A DNA stretch of 63,339 bases, counting the filler, from Aduncisulcus paluster (lineage: Eukaryota): assembly GCA_024181965.1 (NCBI GenBank). It is 7 parts of 7 records of this genome, joined end to end, with 100 filler letters (N's around TTAATTAATTAA, not from the genome) between each part and the next. Parts side by side here need not be neighbours in the genome. Positions count along the whole stretch, not along the records: positions 55,181 to 63,339 come from BQXS01010081.1; 6 more parts are not named here. One strand, written 5' to 3'. This document shows, in pieces, positions 57,135 through 63,339 of the stretch (positions are counted from its first letter, which is position 1; every line of letters begins with the position of its first letter). The notes beneath the pieces are model-generated. The model was not told the DNA's origin. It saw only the letters and a program-made list of their open reading frames with translations, and did not search any database. The position numbers were made by a program, and so were the translations under genes.

Positions 57135-57493
57135 TTGAATAGAGATAGAATATCTTATCTAAAAAATAACAACAAGCAGAATAATGAATGAATCCGGTTA
57201 AAATATTTCTTAATATACATCTAATGAAAGACGCAACATATAGTAAACATACAATTTGCTTGTACGACGAGAAATCGAAAAAATGGAGGACTGAACAAGC
57301 AACCCTTCAATAGATAAGATTGGAAATTTAAAAAAACACATATAGACGAGTTAAATGCTGGTAAATGATAAAAACATGTTTTATTTTCATTTCCATGCCA
57401 TGGTGTTTATTTTCGATATCTCAGGCTTTTGGAGAACCCTCAGGACTGGATATTGTTCTATTTCACGTGTTAAGAACATTTATGAACGATTTC

Positions 57494-57944
57494 AATGCTA
57501 TTCAATAACATGGATACATTTCCATTTCATTTCTATCCTTATCCTTGCTTTTCTGTTTATTTTCACTTGCTTTTGCTTACAATCAAAAATATCAAGAACT
57601 CGGAATACGATGGTATACATATGTCTGTATACTGCTACGAATCTAATCCCCTGATGCTTCATGGAACATGACATTTCCTCCAACTCCCGCTCCAACTCCA
57701 ATTCCAACTCCAACTCTATATCCAATGCCAATTCCTGATTATCTGATACATTTAATACTGAGATTTGTGCTATTTCACCCTAGATTGACAATGTGATAAT
57801 CATGGAAAGTGATATCGTATGTTTTTTGAATTCAGTTGGAATGGGTATGATTATCAGTGGTTGGGATGAAGCCTTTCTTACATTAAGTGTTGGTGAAAGA
57901 GCCACGATTGTAATCAAATCGATCCTGAGTATGGTTATGGTGTC
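57494..57944 (+). repeat. Direct repeat copy 2
   Basis: Near-identical to 55181-55631; diverges abruptly after ...GGTTATGGTGTC. Confidence 0.92.
57825..57944 (+). pseudogene. Second, further truncated FKBP fragment
   Basis: Same frameshifted FKBP sequence, ending at YGYGV. Confidence 0.75.
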
Positions 57945-58345
57945 ACGACATTTTTCCTCACCAGCGACTGGTGACCAGTCCAGCACTCCAATGCCAGATA
58001 CTGAGATTTGTGCTCTGCTCCTTGTTTTTTGAATGGTGCATCTGTCATATGTAATATGTCAAGCTATAGCATGAAAGGAATAGTAACTCCTTCTTCAAAG
58101 ATGAACTATCAACACACCTTCGAATACCATCCAACCCCTCGCCGTGAAATTACAAGAGAAAAAATTTATTGATTATATTCTTCTTTGATGGAAGAATTCT
58201 CTGAGTATTAAATATAACATAACTTATGTTAACATAAGAATAAATTCTGTCCAGTATATCACAAACTGGGAGTGCACAATTGAAGGTTCCAATGAACCAA
58301 AATGGACCAAATCAATTATTATTTCTATTGAGGGGAAATATCGGA

Positions 58346-61300
58346 TCATTTTTTCTTTAATATCCTTTTCAGGATCTGTTTCCGTTCTCCATCGGCACTG
58401 AGTCTATTCAAAAGAAGATTGGCCCTCTTTTTATCCTTGTGAACAGGTTTCTTCTGTTTTGAAATTGTAAATATTTCATTACAGATCTCCTCACAGTTGC
58501 ACAGAGTCCTGGCACTGTTTGAAGCCAAGACCATCATTTCACACAGAGAGAAGGCACATTCTGAAAGAGGAAGCAACTTATCGCCGGTAGTTGTATCAAT
58601 CTTGAGGCAGGTGATCAGAATAGGATCAAGAACTGCAGGTTTAAGTAGGTTGATATGTTCGATGCATGTTTTTTCTGGAACACGGTACTTGTATCTATCA
58701 GGGGCAGCCTTTGTATCAGTGAGTAGAGTGAGACAGAAAGTGAATATGCCTTGACTCAAAGCAATGACTTGAGTGTGAATAGAAGATATATCTGAGCGTC
58801 CACCTTTCTGAGCATGCAGCATGGCTCCAATGAGAGCAATGAGAGCAGGGAGAAGTTGAGGATCACTTCTCATCAGGGGGAACATCTGATCAGTAAGCAT
58901 GCACTCGTTCAGAAGGATGAGACTATTTCTGTCAATCATACGCTTCTCAGCACTGAATACACAGATATCAACAATTAATTTCATGAGAACACTAGGCATT
59001 TCAAGATGGGCAGAACACAAAGTGCTCAAGAAAGCATTCTTGCACTGAATAATGCTTGCAAGGATCTGTAAGAGAGTTGATTGGAGATTGGACTTAATAG
59101 ATGCTTTTTCTTTCTTTTGATCGTCACTGAGAGAGGGCAAATCAACTTTGGCAGAGGCTATTTTCCCAATTATAAGAGCAATATCCTGAGTATCTTCACA
59201 GAATAAAGGTTCAAGGACCTCACGTTCATCGGTCAGAATGGCTTCAAGGAATACATGAACACTCTTAGCAAACACAGCATCATCTCCAACACTTTGTAAC
59301 TGACGTCTGAGGAGTTTCATTACACATTGAGCAGCATCACTACGGACACGACTGAAATGACGCACAATCCTGGAAACAGTCAGAAGATANNNNNNNNNNN
59401 NNNNNNNNNCCCAATTATAAGAGCAATATCCTGAGTATCTTCACAGAATAAAGGTTCAAGGACCTCACGTTCATCGGTCAGAATGGCTTCAAGGAATACA
59501 TGAACACTCTTAGCAAACACAGCATCATCTCCAACACTTTGTAACTGACGTCTGAGGAGTTTCATTACACATTGAGCAGCATCACTACGGACACGACTGA
59601 AATGACGCACAATCCTGGAAACAGTCAGAAGATATGATGGGTTAACAGATGGGTGGGTACAGGCCTCAAGGAGAGCAATTAATCCAGGAACAGATTCCTT
59701 TCTCTTGGCAAATGTCTCGCGAATGGCATTGCTTGAATCCAGAATCTTCATTACACAATCGAAACCTTCACGGTCGGTTGAAGATAATGTGGCATTCTCA
59801 ACAAGACTCTGCGTCAGTTTCTTAATCCGGACCAACATGGCTTTGCACAACATTGAGAATGCTTCTTCGTTACCACTTCTGGCAATGTAGCGATCAAGAC
59901 CATCCTTCAAAGCTTCAGAAGTCTCAGAGGAGAAGAGAAGGAATAGGATCTTACAAGCACCCTTGAACAATCTTTTGGGGAGGCCATAGGCCAACACGCG
60001 ACTGAGATATCTTATACTGGTCTCATCCTTCGTGAATTGGGATATATACACATTATTTGACGAATTGATAAGCGAATATGACAGACGGATAAAAGCTGTT
60101 TGTGCGTGCAAGGCTTTGCTCTCGGGTGTTTCAAAGCATGACTCTTCCTCACCCTCTTCACTCACATTCGTGGACAGAGAGAAGTTGTACATTGGAAGAG
60201 GTAGAGAGAGCATAGCTTGAGGCATTGACTTGGCTGAGAATAGATATGAAATAGTTTGAAGGATATCACATGAAATATATGAATTAGGAATGTCCCACAC
60301 GCCAACCTTCTTACCCTGGAGATCTTGGGAACAGAGTTTCAAGAATCCAAGGAGGATTGATCCAACAGAACGGGCAATGGGATCACGTTCATCCTTATCG
60401 GCTTCACAAACAAGCCGAAGAATCTTTACACACACGAAAATACAAGAGAATCCACCAAGACGAGGGAAGAATAATGAAACAACGGAAAGGAAAGGATCTT
60501 GAGGGTTTGGTGCAAAGCTTGAAGAAACTGGTTTCTCTTGTTCCTGTAATCTATTGTGAGAAGTGAACAGAATTGACAGCAGAGAACAACTTGAACGATG
60601 AAGGGAAGAATTGACAATTCTCTGAATTATTGACTCACAACGTATTTCTGCACGGTGGAGTCTGGCGTTATCACTTTCAATATCAGAAGGATTTCTTGAC
60701 TTATCAATAGGTTCGTTGGATTTTAGTGACTGTTTCAATTCATCAAATGCTTTCTTTGCTCGTTCAACCCTTCGCTTCTCAGCACAAATATCAAATGGAA
60801 GGAGATATGACAAAATGTTAATGATTCCATTTGACCACATGCTTCTCAATCGAAGACACTCACTTGCTAAGATACAATAACGTTCACAGAGCACATCTTC
60901 AACGAAGTCTCCCATTATCTGCTCTTCAGCATCATTGCTGGCACAGAGACGAACTGAGAACGGATTATTAGGTTTCGGTGATATCTTGTGGATTCCTCGA
61001 AGAGGATGTAGTACGTCAACACATATACACATGATATCCGAGGCTATTTTAGCTAGAATTTGGATCTTTGACTTCTGCTTCTTATCCTTTGAATCTGACT
61101 TCAGAAGTGCTCTATCATGGCTTGGACTTGATTCTCCACTGTCATCAGAATCTCCATCAACACTTGATTCTTTGTCCTTATCTAATTTCACTGAAGAGGA
61201 AGATAAACCTAGTTCTCTCTTCTTTGCTTCTCTTCTCACGGCCTTCTCACATACAGATAGACAGACATCGAATACTCCTTCCTCCNNNNNNNNNNNNNNN

Positions 61301-63339
61301 NNNNNTTTGACTTCTGCTTCTTATCCTTTGAATCTGCTTCAGAAGTGCTCTATCATGGCTTGGACTTGATTCTCCACTGTCATCAGAATCTCCATCAACA
61401 CTTGATTCTTTGTCCTTATCTAATTTCACTGAAGAGGAAGATAAACCTAGTTCTCTCTTCTTTGCTTCTCTTCTCACGGCCTTCTCACATACAGATAGAC
61501 AGACATCGAATACTCCTTCCTCCCAGAGATCTTCCGCACTCTCTTTAGTCCTTGAAGCTCCTCGGATACACATGAGCAAACCACGAACAATAGACTCATT
61601 CTCAAGAGATCTAGCAACCAGCTCACGTTTGTCACTATCTGGAGTGCCAAGACCAGCAACGGACATGGTTCCCTTATTATCTGATGAAGACATGATCTCC
61701 CGAGGAGTTGAAACAACACTAGGATCATAGATACCATCTCCAAGAGGGAATTCACCAATGGATGTGATCTTGTGCTGAAGGACTGATAATAGACGAACGG
61801 CCTCAGTGGGACGAACAGCAATCCTTCCAGAAGCAATGAGGGATGTGAGAGAGGAAACGGAGGACACAGATACGAAGAAAAGGAGGGAGGCAAATGTGGA
61901 AGAAGGAGAAATGGATGATGAAATAACGGATGAGTGTTCATCGCCTTCTTCTTTATCCTTATCTTCCTCGTTTTTCTCAGCTTCATCGGATGGAGCAGAT
62001 GTGGTTGTAGTCACCTTCTTTGACTCATCGCTCGTCACCGAAGATGGATCATCTCTTGAAGGTTTGTCATTATTTTTAGATTTTGATTTCTTAGCGTTTG
62101 TTAAAGCATTTTCTAATAGAGAGCGAGAGGTTGAAATCCGCGCTTCCTTAACGATATCTGACTTGAGTAAAAGGGGAAGAATTGACAGTTGATGAATGAA
62201 TCTCCTGGGGAGAAGATCAAGGTCGAATAGACAAGTGAGTTGATTCTTAGCAACCATATCTTGAGGGTTACACAATATAGTCTCAATGGTATCGACAGCA
62301 CAAGCACAGGCACGGAGAAGACTTTGGGGGCAATCGGCGTCAGGAACAGCATCCAAGGCAGATGAAATAGTTCCATCCACAGGAACAATGCACATCACCA
62401 TCCATTGAGCAGAGATTGACAGGACATCAGAGATGAACTTTCTAGCAATCGCTCTGGATGAAAGACGCACGAGCTTGGTTGGTGGCTTCCCCACAGAGGA
62501 CTCAGAAGGAGCAGATGTATACGACCCGGATGATATTGCAGTGGCATCACTTGTTGATCCGTCAGCAATTTCGTCTGAAATAATGAGATCCAAGAGACCA
62601 CGAGTCTTGTTGACCAAGGGAGAACGAACAGGAGGCTTTGAAGAGGATGAGTATGGATCAAGCTTCTTATCAGGACCAGAATATTCGACTGAGAAAGAGG
62701 GAGAACCGTGGGCACATACGGAACAGGCTCGTTTGAGCATAATGAAACAGGCTTCAGCAATTTCAAGCTCAATTTCTCCTTCTCCCTGCTCGAAATCACT
62801 TCTTGCCCCAGAAATACGACCATGGACTGGTGGTGGCACTGAGGAAGAAGCAAACCGTCTATAAGGAGCACTTGAAGAGGATGAGTATGGATCAAGCTTC
62901 TTATCAGGACCAGAATATTCGACTGAGAAAGAGGGAGAACCGTGGGCACATACGGAACAGGCTCGTTTGAGCATAATGAAACAGGCTTCAGCAATTTCAA
63001 GCTCAATTTCTCCTTCTCCCTGCTCGAAATCACTTCTTGCCCCAGAAATACGACCATGGACTGGTGGTGGCACTGAGGAAGAAGCAAACCGTCTATAAGG
63101 AGCACTTGAAGAGGATGATCTCACAGGCGGTGGATAAGGGGCATTCGATGAGGAAGGATGGGGAGGGAGAGCAACCTTATCTGGAGATGGAACAGATGAT
63201 TTTGAAGAACTGCTTGGACCGCCAAGCTTTCTTCTTGAACCTTGATGCGTTAAAAGCTTCATTATACAAGCAAAGACATTTCTGTGAAAGTTTACAACAT
63301 CAACACAGACCTGCTCACTGCAACTCATCATCCAACTCA
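58346..63339 (-). CDS. Large helical (ARM/HEAT-like) hypothetical protein; probably 5'-truncated by window edge; split in the ORF track by two gap duplications
   Basis: ORFs 61247-63331, 59380-61239 and 58346-59365 overlap in identical peptide sequence across the gaps; frame is open to the window end; Leu/Ile/Cys-rich amphipathic helices. Confidence 0.8.
59165..59634. repeat. Gap-flanking duplication (59165-59389 = 59410-59634)
   Basis: 225-bp copies around 20 N. Confidence 0.9.
61067..61523. repeat. Gap-flanking duplication (61067-61285 = 61306-61523)
   Basis: 219/218-bp copies around 20 N; 1-nt indel (GAATCTGACTTC vs GAATCTGCTTC). Confidence 0.9.
62638..63118. repeat. Exact in-frame tandem duplication, 234-bp unit (78 aa)
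   Basis: TTGAAGAGGATGA occurs at 62638, 62872 and 63106; the two intervening units look identical. Confidence 0.9.

Noticed and set aside
55181..57944. LTR retrotransposon
   Set aside because: No gag/pol, PBS or TG..CA ends; the repeat contains host pseudogene sequence.

Overview
Gene-dense, AT-rich eukaryotic protist DNA in the standard genetic code with few introns. The gene-family style (LRR/Cys-rich surface proteins, a tandem-domain 'HISIPF..SPMKGAYIC' family) resembles the free-living fornicate Aduncisulcus paluster; this is an impression from recall, not a search result. The window is not contiguous: six artificial 100-bp linkers (N44-TTAATTAATTAA-N44) join seven separate scaffolds, and six internal 20-N gaps are each flanked by a 220-300 bp duplicated overlap that falsely splits or inflates genes. 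About 28 protein genes are supported: a divergent NSE3/MAGE, Tudor-SN, a Brr2-like Sec63 helicase C-terminal part, two LRR/EGF surface proteins (one frameshifted), a coiled-coil protein, acyltransferase-3, SAMHD1-like HD dNTPase, a SPRY protein, a sugar porter head-to-head with an atypical short pyruvate kinase, YhhN lysoplasmalogenase, TPR-less PP5-like phosphatase, striatin, a GNAT, RCC1-like and LRR-RI proteins, a prokaryote-type PLA2-like protein, dynein light chain LC8, a kinesin, ATR-like and ABCA fragments, and several hypothetical proteins. Three GTATGT..AG introns were reconstructed. The most notable signals are the sugar-porter/odd-PK pair, a 2313-bp direct-repeat cassette carrying an FKBP pseudogene and a tandem jelly-roll-like gene, the modular LRR-Cys-EGF surface family, and a palindrome-rich intergenic stretch that may encode small RNA(s). 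No CRISPR, tRNA, rRNA or recognisable transposase was found.
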